Below the pieces are notes generated by a model. The model was given only the letters and a program-made list of their open reading frames with translations, did no database searches and was not told the DNA's origin. The translations under genes and the position numbers were made by a program. Positions 44,345 through 53,606 of a DNA stretch of 64,000 nucleotides are shown here, in pieces. Each line of letters starts with the position of its first letter. Position 1 is the stretch's first letter. This DNA is from Candidatus Latescibacterota bacterium (lineage in GTDB: Bacteria > Latescibacterota > UBA2968 > GCA-2709665). The stretch lies in NCBI GenBank assembly GCA_965248435.1, contig OZ252100.1, positions 320,001 to 384,000 on the forward strand, written 5' to 3'.

Positions 44345-44478
44345 AACTCTCCACCGGAACCATCTCCAGTGGGGATTTTCTGTTGTCTTTATTGTGGGCG
44401 ATCAAGTCTTCCCAGTGGCCCCGCAACATAATCCATCAGCTGCGTAACCTCCGACATCGCCCGGTCTCGCTGCAGCTT
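44345..44478 (-). pseudogene. Third remnant of the CBS gene 3' end plus terminator
   Basis: Reads KLQRDRAMSEVTQLMDYVAGPLG (cf. KLQRDQLKSEVTQLRDYVAGPQM); hairpin CCACCGG..CTCCAGTGGGGATTT as at 47343 and 47938. Confidence 0.8.
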
Positions 44479-44615
44479 TTCGATAACCGATCGACACGAT
44501 CCGGTCAAGCTCTTCCTCATAGAGAAAAACGGTTGCTCGAGGCGAAGCAAATTACGATTGTAATGCTCAGCCGCTTCCAGATTTTGATTTGGTTGAAGGC
44601 ACTTGAGGAGAAAAC

Positions 44616-45479
44616 GTGAAAATCGGATTTTTGACCCCTTACGATCAGAAGAAAATAGAGTTTGCCGGCCGAAACGGGTTCGGAAGCATTCAACTCATGA
44701 TTTCCCCGGGAAATCCTCTCGATCCCACGAAGGAAGGAACGGATTCAGTTAAAGCCGCAAAAGTGTTCATAGAAAACCAGGGCATTGAAATCTCTGCGCT
44801 GGGCGCGATAAGCAAGTTGAATTGCATTCACCCGGATGCAAAAACAAGGGAAGAGAGTGTGAAGTTCCTGATCGCCGCTATGGATGCATGTCAGATTCTG
44901 GACGTAAAGATCCTGGCGACTTATCCAGGACGTGACCCGGAGAAAAGCATCGAAGAGAATATTCCTCGCTTCAAAGAGGTATTCACTCCGTTGGCAAGGA
45001 TGGCCGAGGACAGAGGACTAAAGATCGTGTTCGAGAACTGTCCCAAGTTTCACTATTTCCCCTTCCGCGGGGTCAATATTGCCTACTGTCCCCGAGCCTG
45101 GGACTTGATGTTCGATGCTGTTCCCTCCGATGCGCTGGGTCTGGAATACGATCCTTCCCACCCCGTTTCCATGTTTTCGGACTACATCGCGCCCATCCAG
45201 CAGTACGGAGAGCGGATCTATCACGTGCACGCGAAAGACACCGAGATCATGGAACAGAACCTGAAAGAGAACGGAATCTTCCAGCCAGGGATGTTCCGCT
45301 ACCGCATTCCCGGTTGCGGAGATGTGGACTGGAAGAAGTTCATATCTGCATTAAAGGACGTGGGGTATAGCGGGAATTTGGACATTCAAGGCGGCCACGA
45401 TCCTGAGTTCTCTGAAAGTGAGGAGGAGGGTTTACTTTTCGCTAGGAAGTTTCTTTCGCAATTTTTTTCTAAAGTCTAG
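44616..45479 (+). CDS. Sugar phosphate isomerase/epimerase (IolE/AP-endonuclease-2 TIM barrel)
   Basis: VFENCP, LEYDPSH, HVHAKD and RIPGCGDVDW motifs. Confidence 0.88.
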   Translation: MKIGFLTPYDQKKIEFAGRNGFGSIQLMISPGNPLDPTKEGTDSVKAAKVFIENQGIEISALGAISKLNCIHPDAKTREESVKFLIAAMDACQILDVKILATYPGRDPEKSIEENIPRFKEVFTPLARMAEDRGLKIVFENCPKFHYFPFRGVNIAYCPRAWDLMFDAVPSDALGLEYDPSHPVSMFSDYIAPIQQYGERIYHVHAKDTEIMEQNLKENGIFQPGMFRYRIPGCGDVDWKKFISALKDVGYSGNLDIQGGHDPEFSESEEEGLLFARKFLSQFFSKV

Positions 45480-45633
45480 TGACCGCATGCATCGATCTCC
45501 TGGAACAGTCATCTTCTGACTTGAAAACGTAGATGATGGAAAATCTTGTATAATCAGTACCCGCAAATTGGTTAGTGGAGCGACAAAATTACTTGAGTAA
45601 CAGTGCCAGCATATTAACAAATGGAGGTGTCGT

Positions 45634-46491
45634 TTGAACGAGAAGCGATCACTAACGACAAAGGACATCGCATTACTTCACCAACTGTACGATCAAGGTC
45701 AGATAACACTGGCTCCGGAGTTCCAACGCAATAGTATCTGGCCCCGGACAGCCAAAGCCTACCTGATCGACACGATTCTGAGCCAGCGTCCTATACCTCT
45801 TCTCTACTTCCGCCGTGGTGCCTCTGCACAGACTGGCAAATCGAGATACGAGGTGATCGATGGGCAGCAGCGGCTACGAGCCGTCTTCGAGTTTATGGAC
45901 GACCGCTTTCCCCTTTCAGAGAGCAAAGACCCGCAGTATAAGGGAAAGAGGTACAGTGAACTCGGCTCGTCTCTGCAGGAACGCATTCTCTCATATGACC
46001 TATATATTCAAGAGCTGGTCGGGCATTCAGACGATGACATCCGGGACATATTCGTGCGGATGAACAAATACGTAGTTAAGCTATCCGGTCAGGAAATTCG
46101 CCATGCCAAGCACGAAGGGAAATTCAAGGAGTTCGTTGAGGATTTAGGCGCGTGGGCGTTCTGGACTAATAATCGCGTATTCACAGCTCATCAAATCAGG
46201 CGCATGCGAAATGTAGAATTCTCCGCCGAGCTAACGATACTCTTGCTCGAAGGTCCCCAGGACAAAAAGCAGACCATTGACCTATATTACGTGCAGTTCG
46301 CGAAGTCGTTCGGGCACCGAGCCGATGTTAGACGCCGTCTGGGTCGATACCTGAAGTGGATTGCCAAAGCAATCCCGGACCTTTCCCAAACACGCTATCG
46401 TAAGCCAGTAGACCTATATAGTCTCGTCGGAGCGCTTAAGGATATAGCGGAACATCCATTCCGGCTCAGCGACATCGATCCAGCACCTTAA
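45634..46491 (+). pseudogene. DUF262 (ParB-like, GmrS-type) protein, probably C-terminally truncated
   Basis: PEFQRNSIW, LIDTIL, YEVIDGQQRL, IFVRMN and LSGQEIRHA motifs; ends abruptly inside RelA/SpoT-coding sequence. Confidence 0.75.
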
Positions 46492-47170
46492 CATTCAGCA
46501 GTTTGGGTACAGGTCTGTTCACCTTGTCGCTCGCCTTAGCGTGAGCAAGCGGACAGATCCCGGTGTAGGGGAACTGGGTGCGAGGTGGTTTGAGATACAA
46601 GTACGCAGCGTGCTGGAGCATGCTTGGGCGGAGATCGAACACGAAGTGCGGTACAAGTCGGGTATCAATTACCCGCGCCCCTTCAATAGGAGCTTCAGCG
46701 CACTTGCAGGTGCCCTAGAGGTTGTCGAAGGCCAGTTCCTAAGCCTGAGAGCGGAGCGTAGCAAGCTCATCACAGCTCATAAGAATGCCTATCTACAGGG
46801 TTGTGATCTAGATGAAGTTTTGGATGCGGCACGCTTACTTGGCTTGCTAGAGGCATTGCGACCTGAGGGAGTAAGCTGGCAAATTGCCGAGGGAGCTGGC
46901 AATCCGTTCCCTCCCAGGATAGAGGCTGTCTGTGTCGAAGCACTTAACACGGCAGGTATAGCCACCGCGGCTGATTTCGAAGAAGTAATGCAGACAAGTG
47001 ACTTCCGAAATGCGGTTAGTAGATTTGCTAGTCTTAATTCGCTAGACCCTAATCAGGTCTCGCACTTCGCAATCTCTGTCATTGTGCTTGGTTGTATTAG
47101 GCCTGACCTGCTTCTTGAGAACTATCCGGAGCTCGCAGACGATGCTTCTATTAGGGAGTTGTTCAAGTAG
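46478..47170 (+). pseudogene. RelA/SpoT (small alarmone synthetase-like) protein lacking its N-terminus
   Basis: Frame upstream of the GTG at 46541 reads LNIQQFGYRSVHL, then FEIQVRSVLEHAWAEIEHEVRYKS; the RxK and D..G.R motifs are missing. Confidence 0.8.
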
Positions 47171-47342
47171 CCTATTCCCACTAGAACGCTGTCCAATGGG
47201 TAATATTTGTGTGGATTTGTCATGGTAGCCGTAGGGAATCATCGCATTTAGACCTTTCAACATAATCCATAAGCTGCGTGATCTCAGACTTCACCTGAAA
47301 TTTAGCACTGCTTAGCAGTTGTGGCTAATTATCCAAAAAAGC

Positions 47343-47378
47343 GAATCCCCACCGGAGTCAACTCCAGAGGGGATTCTT
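47343..47378 (-). terminator. Terminator after CBS copy 2
   Basis: GAATCCCC..GGGGATTC hairpin; the A-run at 47335-47340 reads as a U-tract on the minus strand. Confidence 0.65.
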
Positions 47379-47403
47379 TGTGATACCTATTGTGACTATT
47401 AAG

Positions 47404-47733
47404 TCATCCTTGTGGCCCTGAAACATAATCCATCAGCTGCGTGTCCTCCGACTTCGCCTGGTCCCGCTGCAGCTTCACGATGTCCCCGATCGACACGATC
47501 CCCGCCAGCTTGCCGTCCGACATCACCGGCACGTGCCGGACCCGGCCTTCCGTCATCTCGTTCATCACCCATTCAATGTCGTCTTCCGGCGAAGTACAGA
47601 CAGGATCCCGAATCATCGCCTCGGTCACGAGCTTTTCGCGCAAGTTGGCATCGGCGTGGACCTCCCGCATGATATCCCGCTCGGTGATGATCCCCGCGAT
47701 CCCGCCCGAGTCATCCTTGACAAGCAGCGCGCC
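47404..47733 (-). pseudogene. 5'-truncated duplicate of the CBS-domain gene
   Basis: GALLVKDDSGGIAGIITERD..GPQG is near-identical to the 48010-48444 protein but lacks its first ~35 aa. Confidence 0.85.
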
Positions 47734-47937
47734 GCAGACGCGGGGCTCAACAAGTCTATATTTTATGAAATCGTTGTGTTTTCACGATTTAGACCAATTT
47801 TCTACACGTGTGGAAAATTGTCACTACAGCCGTTCAGACAGTTCCAAGCGTTCCAGCCAGTGTTGAAGGGCAGCCTCGGTGCATATTGTGGCTTGTGACT
47901 CCTTTGGTCTCCTGAACCTTTGGCTGCACACCACGGA

Positions 47938-47972
47938 AAATCCCCACCGGGACGCTCTCCAGTGGGGATTTT
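47938..47972 (-). terminator. Terminator after the intact CBS gene
   Basis: AAATCCCCAC..GTGGGGATTT hairpin. Confidence 0.65.
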
Positions 47973-48009
47973 GATTCGGTTCTTTCTGTAGTTGAAGACT
48001 AGCTTGTCA

Positions 48010-48444
48010 TCACATCTGCGGCCCTGCAACATAATCCCTCAGCTGAGTGACCTCCGACTTCAGCTGGTCCCGCTGCAGCTTCACGATGTCCCCGATCGAC
48101 ACGATCCCCGCCAGCTTGCCGTCCGACATCACCGGCACGTGACGAACCCGTCCTTCCGTCATCTCGTTCATTACCCATTCGATGTCGTCTTCGGGTGACG
48201 TGCATACAGGATCCCGAATCATCGCCTCGGTCACGAGCTTTTCGCGCAAGTTGGCGTCGGCGTGGACCTCCCGCATGATATCGCGCTCGGTGATGATCCC
48301 CTCGATCCCGCCGGAGTCATCCTCGATGAGTAATGCGCCGACCTTGTTTTCAATCAGGTTACACAGCGCCTGATGGATCGTGGCCTGGGCATCGATCGTC
48401 GCGACCCAGTCCCCTTTTCTGTTAAGTATGTCCTTCACCTTCAT
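48010..48444 (-). CDS. CBS-pair domain protein
   Basis: MKVKDIL, VGALL, GIITERD, RVRHVPV and GIVSIGDIVK motifs; GGAGGTG SD. Confidence 0.93.
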   Translation of the reverse strand: MKVKDILNRKGDWVATIDAQATIHQALCNLIENKVGALLIEDDSGGIEGIITERDIMREVHADANLREKLVTEAMIRDPVCTSPEDDIEWVMNEMTEGRVRHVPVMSDGKLAGIVSIGDIVKLQRDQLKSEVTQLRDYVAGPQM

Positions 48445-48637
48445 GAATTCACCTCCGCGGGAGAGTGCCAGATGTGAACCGTTATAGGTTCCTGAGAGCT
48501 TTTTCATTTCGCCGGAGGGTCACCGGCCTGACAGAACAAAATACGTAACCGGACCTGGGCTGGCAAGGGGAAATCATTGCTTGAATTAGCAGGACTTATG
48601 TGTGGACGGCCGAATTAGCAGTGTAGCTGGGCCCGAT

Positions 48638-48688
48638 CCCTCGATACACTGCGCGCTATTTCAAAGCCCAATCAGCGCCGCACTCGGG
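48638..48688. repeat. Solitary copy of the repeat flanking the GIY-YIG gene at 30738-31058
   Basis: CCCTCGATACAC...AGCGCCGCACTCGGG matches the reverse complement of 31102-31154. Confidence 0.8.
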
Positions 48689-48744
48689 AATACGGGACTT
48701 TGGGATGGGGTAAGTCGGCGATTGAAAATGTGATCCACCAAAGG

Positions 48745-48857
48745 CCCTCACCCTGCCTCGCTGGCGCTCGGCATCCCTCTCCCATAAATGGGAGAGGGAA
48801 ACCATCTCGCTCTGACCTCCCCTCTCCTGCGTGCGGGAGAGGGGCCGGGGGTGAGGG
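48745..48857. repeat. Inverted pair of CCCTCACCC..CCCTCTCCC..GGGAGAGGG palindromic repeats
   Basis: Copies at 48745-48800 and, inverted, at 48819-48857. Confidence 0.8.
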
Positions 48858-50603
48858 CTATCTATCCCAAGGAAACGCCAGAGTCGGCGTATTCGCATAT
48901 CTGTCCATCTGGATCACCAGGCGGCTGCCGCACCCGGGGGCCAGCGAAACGGTGAAGTGGGAGTCCCCTATCTGAGTCGTCTCTCCATCCGCTTCTGCGC
49001 TCTCGAATCTGTGTTCGCCGTAGGCCCCGCCCTGCACGACGACACGACGCGGCTCGACCGGGTTCAGATTCACGAGCTGAACGGTCACTGAATCCGCGCT
49101 CATCTTCTCCACAAGCGCAGCCACGTCTTCCGGGACGCCCGCCCGGCGCAGATCCGGGTCGAAATAACGCAGGCGGCAGTGCAGAAGCGAGCCGACCCGC
49201 CCGGTCGGGAGGCCGCCCAGCATCAACTGTGTCAGCCCCTGCGTCACGGCCGGGTTTATCCCGTTCATCACATCAGACAGTCGCGTGTCCGGCGTGCTTT
49301 CATCGTTACGCATCCGCTCCATCTTCTCTCTCACGCTGACGAGGTCCTGTTCCAGCGCCGTCACCGGAAAGTTCGGGTCGTTCCCTTCCAGATAGGCGAT
49401 CCACGGGTTTCCGGAGACGCGCTCCAGATCTTTTCGGTCCATCGACCAGGTGTAGACCTCCAATGCGCCGGGGTTGATCGGTTCGGCTTGAAACTCGTAC
49501 CATCCCTCGTCTCCATACATTCGGGGATACATCGTCCGACCGTCGATCTCCTTCGCGCCTTCGTTCATCCTGTCGATCACGCCCCGCCACACGTCCACGT
49601 AGCGCTGCTCCCCCGTCAACAGCAGCGCGTTCCCGAACCCGTAGTGCGCGCGGGCTTGGAACTGCGGACGGCTCGCCAAACGATCGCTGTCCGGCACCTT
49701 CACTGTGAACGCCCAGCCGTAGACCCCGCCGTACCACTTTCCGTCGCAGGCCCCGCCGATCGTGCCGTCCAGCCCGATGTTGGTCGGGATCAAGCCGTTA
49801 TTGGCCTCGGTCCGCTCCACCCAGGCGTCCGTGTAGTCGACCATCCAGTCCCGGTACTTCTCCTCGCCCGAGAACATGTAGGCGTTCAACGCCAGGACCG
49901 TCGTGCACAGGTTCAGCGGGTGGTCGCCCACCACGTCGTTGTAGTCCTTGAAATGCTCGAGCATCCCCTCGTAGCTGGCCTCCTGGTGGAGCAGCCGGAA
50001 GCCGGACACGTCGATCGGGTCCCCCGCCCAGTCCAGGGCCGTGGCCTTGCGCAGGAGGGGTCCGCGGCTCCCGTTGAACATGCTCTTGATGATTCGGTGT
50101 TCGGGGTCGAAATTATCCGCCTGCGGATCTTCGCCCATGTAGAAGCCGATGAAACGCCGGGTCCGCTCCTGGAAGCGCTCGTCGTAGGGGTCCGACAGGC
50201 CCTGCAGGAAAAAGGCGGCAAACCCCTCTCCATTGTGCATCCAGTCGAACATTACCGGAAACTCCTTGTAATACATCCCTTCCCGGGCCATGGGCACATC
50301 GACCGTCTTCGCCTCAGTGTACTGCCGCAGATGGCCATCCCAGCCCTGCTTGAACAGGTCCAGCACGATGTCATCTGCGCCCAGCGCGTGCAGCACGGTC
50401 CAGTTCAGCTGGTTCTCGGCCGCGTCGTCCGGGCCGTCGTCACCCCCCCAGCGCGGGACACACTGCAGATAACCCCGCTCGTCGAAGTATTTCGCGTAGA
50501 AGGCCTCGCACGCCTGTGCTTCGACCCTCAGCAGCTCGCGCTCCAGCAGGGCCCAGTGCGGCGCTGGCATCGGAGTGTTTATGGTAAGTGAAGCTGGTTT
50601 CAT
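48858..50603 (-). CDS. Hypothetical protein (possible alpha/alpha-barrel carbohydrate enzyme)
   Basis: Long ORF with host codon usage and GAGG SD; RWGGDDGPDD and DWMHNGEG motifs. Function not recognised. Confidence 0.7.
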   Translation of the reverse strand: MKPASLTINTPMPAPHWALLERELLRVEAQACEAFYAKYFDERGYLQCVPRWGGDDGPDDAAENQLNWTVLHALGADDIVLDLFKQGWDGHLRQYTEAKTVDVPMAREGMYYKEFPVMFDWMHNGEGFAAFFLQGLSDPYDERFQERTRRFIGFYMGEDPQADNFDPEHRIIKSMFNGSRGPLLRKATALDWAGDPIDVSGFRLLHQEASYEGMLEHFKDYNDVVGDHPLNLCTTVLALNAYMFSGEEKYRDWMVDYTDAWVERTEANNGLIPTNIGLDGTIGGACDGKWYGGVYGWAFTVKVPDSDRLASRPQFQARAHYGFGNALLLTGEQRYVDVWRGVIDRMNEGAKEIDGRTMYPRMYGDEGWYEFQAEPINPGALEVYTWSMDRKDLERVSGNPWIAYLEGNDPNFPVTALEQDLVSVREKMERMRNDESTPDTRLSDVMNGINPAVTQGLTQLMLGGLPTGRVGSLLHCRLRYFDPDLRRAGVPEDVAALVEKMSADSVTVQLVNLNPVEPRRVVVQGGAYGEHRFESAEADGETTQIGDSHFTVSLAPGCGSRLVIQMDRYANTPTLAFPWDR

Positions 50604-50687
50604 GTTTACCTCTTTCATTATGGTTTCAGATCAATGCGGCCAGGCCCGATCGCTCATACACAGCGTGCGTAGTTGGAGCGAACGGCA

Positions 50688-50860
50688 AATCCCCCTCAGT
50701 CCCCCTTTTCCAAAGGGGGAAGATTGCGCCTTGTGAGTTGCGATTGTGATCCTTTCCGTGTCTTCCGTGCTCTTCCGTGTCCCTCCGTGATCCAGCTTCT
50801 GAGGGTGGGATTGGCGGCTTCGTGCCCTTCGTGCTCCTTCGTGTCCTTTCGTGATCCAGC
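50688..50860. repeat. Cluster of short intergenic repeats
   Basis: AATCCCCCTCAGTCCCCCTTTTCCAAAGGGGGA (50688-50720), plus two (TTCCGTG/TTCGTG)x4-ATCCAGC tracts (50754-50796, 50819-50860); a third tract at about 57468-57501. Confidence 0.8.
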
Positions 50861-51020
50861 CTCTACGGGGTGAGGGCCCCACCCTATAACCAAAGCCGCT
50901 CAATATCAAGCCGAATCTCGACCGCTCCTGAAACGCGAGAAATTCGGGTTAGCACGAAGGTGGTGCCCAAACTATATTGATGCGTGGTTCGAAAAACAGC
51001 CCTCCGTGGAGTTATGATCC

Positions 51021-51800
51021 TTGACGCAGAGCGCCAATCAGACAGGTCGAGCGCGCATCCGACAGCCCTGGATCGACCTCTTTCTCGACCCCGGCGACAC
51101 CTGCCGCGCAGGCCTCTGGCTGCCCGAATTGGTCCTCCTGGGAAACAGCGATCGGAGGGCCCACGCCGTCGGAGCGGTCTCGTGGGTGAAGGACGGACCT
51201 TCCTGGCGATACGACCACGCCAATGAGGGGCAGCCCCTTTCGTTCGCGGCTTCGGTCGATCAACTGCCCGGCGGGTGGAAAACCGAGCTCACGCTTCGCA
51301 ATCAGTCTGAGGAGACGCTCCCTCACGTCGTCGGAACCGTCTGCCTTCAGCTCCCCGCGAGCGGCGGTTTCGAGGACCCGGACTGGACAAGAACCCATTA
51401 TCGCAGCGGCGGTGAGTTCCTGACCTACGCGGGACGGGCGTGTGAGGGCGGAGAGGATACCTACAGGATGAGTCTGGTAAGGGGCCGGGATCAGATCGAG
51501 CGAACGGCCCGCCACATCAAGAAATGGGGATTCACTGAGGAGGTCAGTGACGACGGGATCTTTGCCGTCGCCAGCGAAGATGACGAATCTGTACTCACAA
51601 CGACGTGGCAGGCAGTGCATCACCTGCAGGCGAACAGCAAGCCGGCATTTCGGTGCATTCACACCAATCCATACTTCGATAACCTCGAACCCGGCGAGTC
51701 GAAGACCGTTCTGGGCTGCGTGCTGATCACGCACGGCAGCCTGGATGAGGCATGGGCGGAGACGACGGGTGTCATCCAACAGATTGAACAGGAGGCCTGA
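51021..51800 (+). CDS. Hypothetical protein
   Basis: ORF with host codon usage; stop abuts the next ATG; LWLPE and CIHTNP motifs. Start uncertain. Confidence 0.65.
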   Translation: MTQSANQTGRARIRQPWIDLFLDPGDTCRAGLWLPELVLLGNSDRRAHAVGAVSWVKDGPSWRYDHANEGQPLSFAASVDQLPGGWKTELTLRNQSEETLPHVVGTVCLQLPASGGFEDPDWTRTHYRSGGEFLTYAGRACEGGEDTYRMSLVRGRDQIERTARHIKKWGFTEEVSDDGIFAVASEDDESVLTTTWQAVHHLQANSKPAFRCIHTNPYFDNLEPGESKTVLGCVLITHGSLDEAWAETTGVIQQIEQEA

Positions 51801-51802
51801 CG

Positions 51803-53383
51803 ATGGGAGACACGCACAACAGAACACCCGAGGTGGGAACAGAGACCCAGCTGCTCATCGATGATCACGTCGTAGATGAAATCTGGTTGATCAGAAGGGC
51901 GCCGGAGATGCCCGTGAAGCATCTGAACAACCCTGTTTTCGATGACGCTTACGGCAACACGATCATCTACGATGAAGAGGAACGCGTATTCAAGATGTGG
52001 TACGGGATCGGCATACCCGGAACCTACGAAGCCCGCGGCGCGTATGCCGTTTCGGACGACGGGATTCAGTGGGAGAAACCGGACATGGGACTCGTCGAAT
52101 ATGAAGGTTCGAAGAAGAACAACCTGATCGGCACGAACGGGTTCGGAAGCATCATGAAAGACCACTTGGACCCCGACCCGCAGCGCAAATACAAGATGAT
52201 GACGAAGCGGCAAAGCACGGAGGTCTCTGAAGGCAGGGCCTTCGCGGCGTTTTCAGCCGACGGGATCAACTGGCAGGATCACCCCGGAGAAAAAGCGATC
52301 GTGAGGGATTCCGGGGATGGAAACGGGATGGTGCTCTACGACGAAACGATTCGGAAGTATGTCAACTTTCGAAGGCCGACGATCCGGGCCGGAGGGAGCG
52401 TGCATACGGGTGACATCGGTTTTCCGGACGGGCACGTGATGAAAGGCGCGGGCGGGGACGGTCGCTCTGCCCCAGAGGGCATCGGGTTCCCGTCGGAGGA
52501 TGACTTCGTTCTGCACGAGGAGGCGGAGGACTACATCCACCGGTATCTGAGACCCGCGCCCTACGTAAACACGCGGGCCCTGCGCATATTCAAGGAGAAA
52601 TCAGAAGCGGAAAGGGGGGCAACCCTGAAGTGTAACAGAAGGATCGCCCGGGCGGAGAGTGAAGATTTTATCAACTGGACCGAACCGGAGGTGGTCCTGA
52701 GACCGGATGAACTCGATCCACCGAAATTCTACAGCATGGGCGTTTCCAAATACTGCGGGATGTATCTCGGTCTCGTTCAGGTCTACAATGCATGGGGCTT
52801 CCGGAGATATCCGGGCTGCCCTCAGGAATCAGAGACGCTCGACATCCATCTGACATTCAGCAGGGATGGCTGGCGCTGGGAGCGGCTCGCCAACCGTCCG
52901 GTCTTCATCCCGAGGGGCTACATCGGGTCCTTCGACGGCGGGATGATCTGTCAGTCCAATCCACCGCTGATCGAATACGGGGACGAGCTCAGATTCTATT
53001 ATCAGGGCCACTCCGGCAGCCATAACGCACCCTCGAGGGAAGGTGGAATTGGTATAGCCAGACTGCCGAAGGAAAGGATCGTCGCCAGAACGGCCGGCGA
53101 TGAGGTCGGTGCCCTCCTGACAAAACCGTTCAAGTTGACGGGGAAGCGGCTTGCGGTCAACGCGAACGCTTCTAAGGGCTTCATCAAGGTCGAGGTGACC
53201 GACCCGATAGGAAAACCGATAGAAGGATTCAGCGGCGGAGAGGCTGAAGAGATCAGGGGCAACGAGTCCCGGCATCCGGTCGCGTGGAAGGGCGGAAGGA
53301 AACTGGAAGAGATCGCCGGGCAAACGATTCGGCTGAGGTTCTTTATGCTTCAGTCTAAGCTGTACTCCTTCAAGTTCAGTTGA
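51803..53383 (+). CDS. Five-bladed beta-propeller glycoside hydrolase-like protein (GH32/43/130-like), copy 1
   Basis: FKMWY, AYAVSDDGIQWEKP, SADGINW, SEDFINW, SRDGWRWER, LLTKPF and IRLRF motifs. Confidence 0.8.
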   Translation: MGDTHNRTPEVGTETQLLIDDHVVDEIWLIRRAPEMPVKHLNNPVFDDAYGNTIIYDEEERVFKMWYGIGIPGTYEARGAYAVSDDGIQWEKPDMGLVEYEGSKKNNLIGTNGFGSIMKDHLDPDPQRKYKMMTKRQSTEVSEGRAFAAFSADGINWQDHPGEKAIVRDSGDGNGMVLYDETIRKYVNFRRPTIRAGGSVHTGDIGFPDGHVMKGAGGDGRSAPEGIGFPSEDDFVLHEEAEDYIHRYLRPAPYVNTRALRIFKEKSEAERGATLKCNRRIARAESEDFINWTEPEVVLRPDELDPPKFYSMGVSKYCGMYLGLVQVYNAWGFRRYPGCPQESETLDIHLTFSRDGWRWERLANRPVFIPRGYIGSFDGGMICQSNPPLIEYGDELRFYYQGHSGSHNAPSREGGIGIARLPKERIVARTAGDEVGALLTKPFKLTGKRLAVNANASKGFIKVEVTDPIGKPIEGFSGGEAEEIRGNESRHPVAWKGGRKLEEIAGQTIRLRFFMLQSKLYSFKFS

Positions 53384-53426
53384 ACAATTCCTTGAAAGTC
53401 TTCCCCGCTATCGCGAAAGAGAAGCA

Positions 53427-53606
53427 ATGGGCTGCAGGGTTGTGTTGGTCGGAGGTGGAAGCTACAGCTGGACGCCGAGGCTGGCGACCGATCTCTTCCT
53501 GAAGGAAGGACTCCGCTGCGGCACGCTGGTCCTGGTCGGCCTGGACGAGGCGTGGGCAGAAACGGCAACCGTCATCCAGCAGGTTTTACAGGGGGCTCAA
53601 CGATGA
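53427..53606 (+). pseudogene. 59-aa chimeric ORF at the duplication junction (GH4 N-terminus fused to the C-terminus of the 51021 gene)
   Basis: MGCRVVLVGGGSYSWTPRLATDLFLKEGLRCGTLVLVG|LDEAWAETATVIQQVLQGAQR*; the stop overlaps the ATG at 53603 (ATGA). Confidence 0.8.

Noticed and set aside
41400-47340. Integron cassette array
   Set aside because: Same-strand foreign genes are suggestive, but I found no convincing RYYYAAC..GTTRRRY attC pairs and no intI.
37092-50591. Long antisense ORFs such as 37092-38438 and 49179-50591
   Set aside because: They lie fully opposite well-supported genes, which is typical of high-GC codon bias, and have no motifs.
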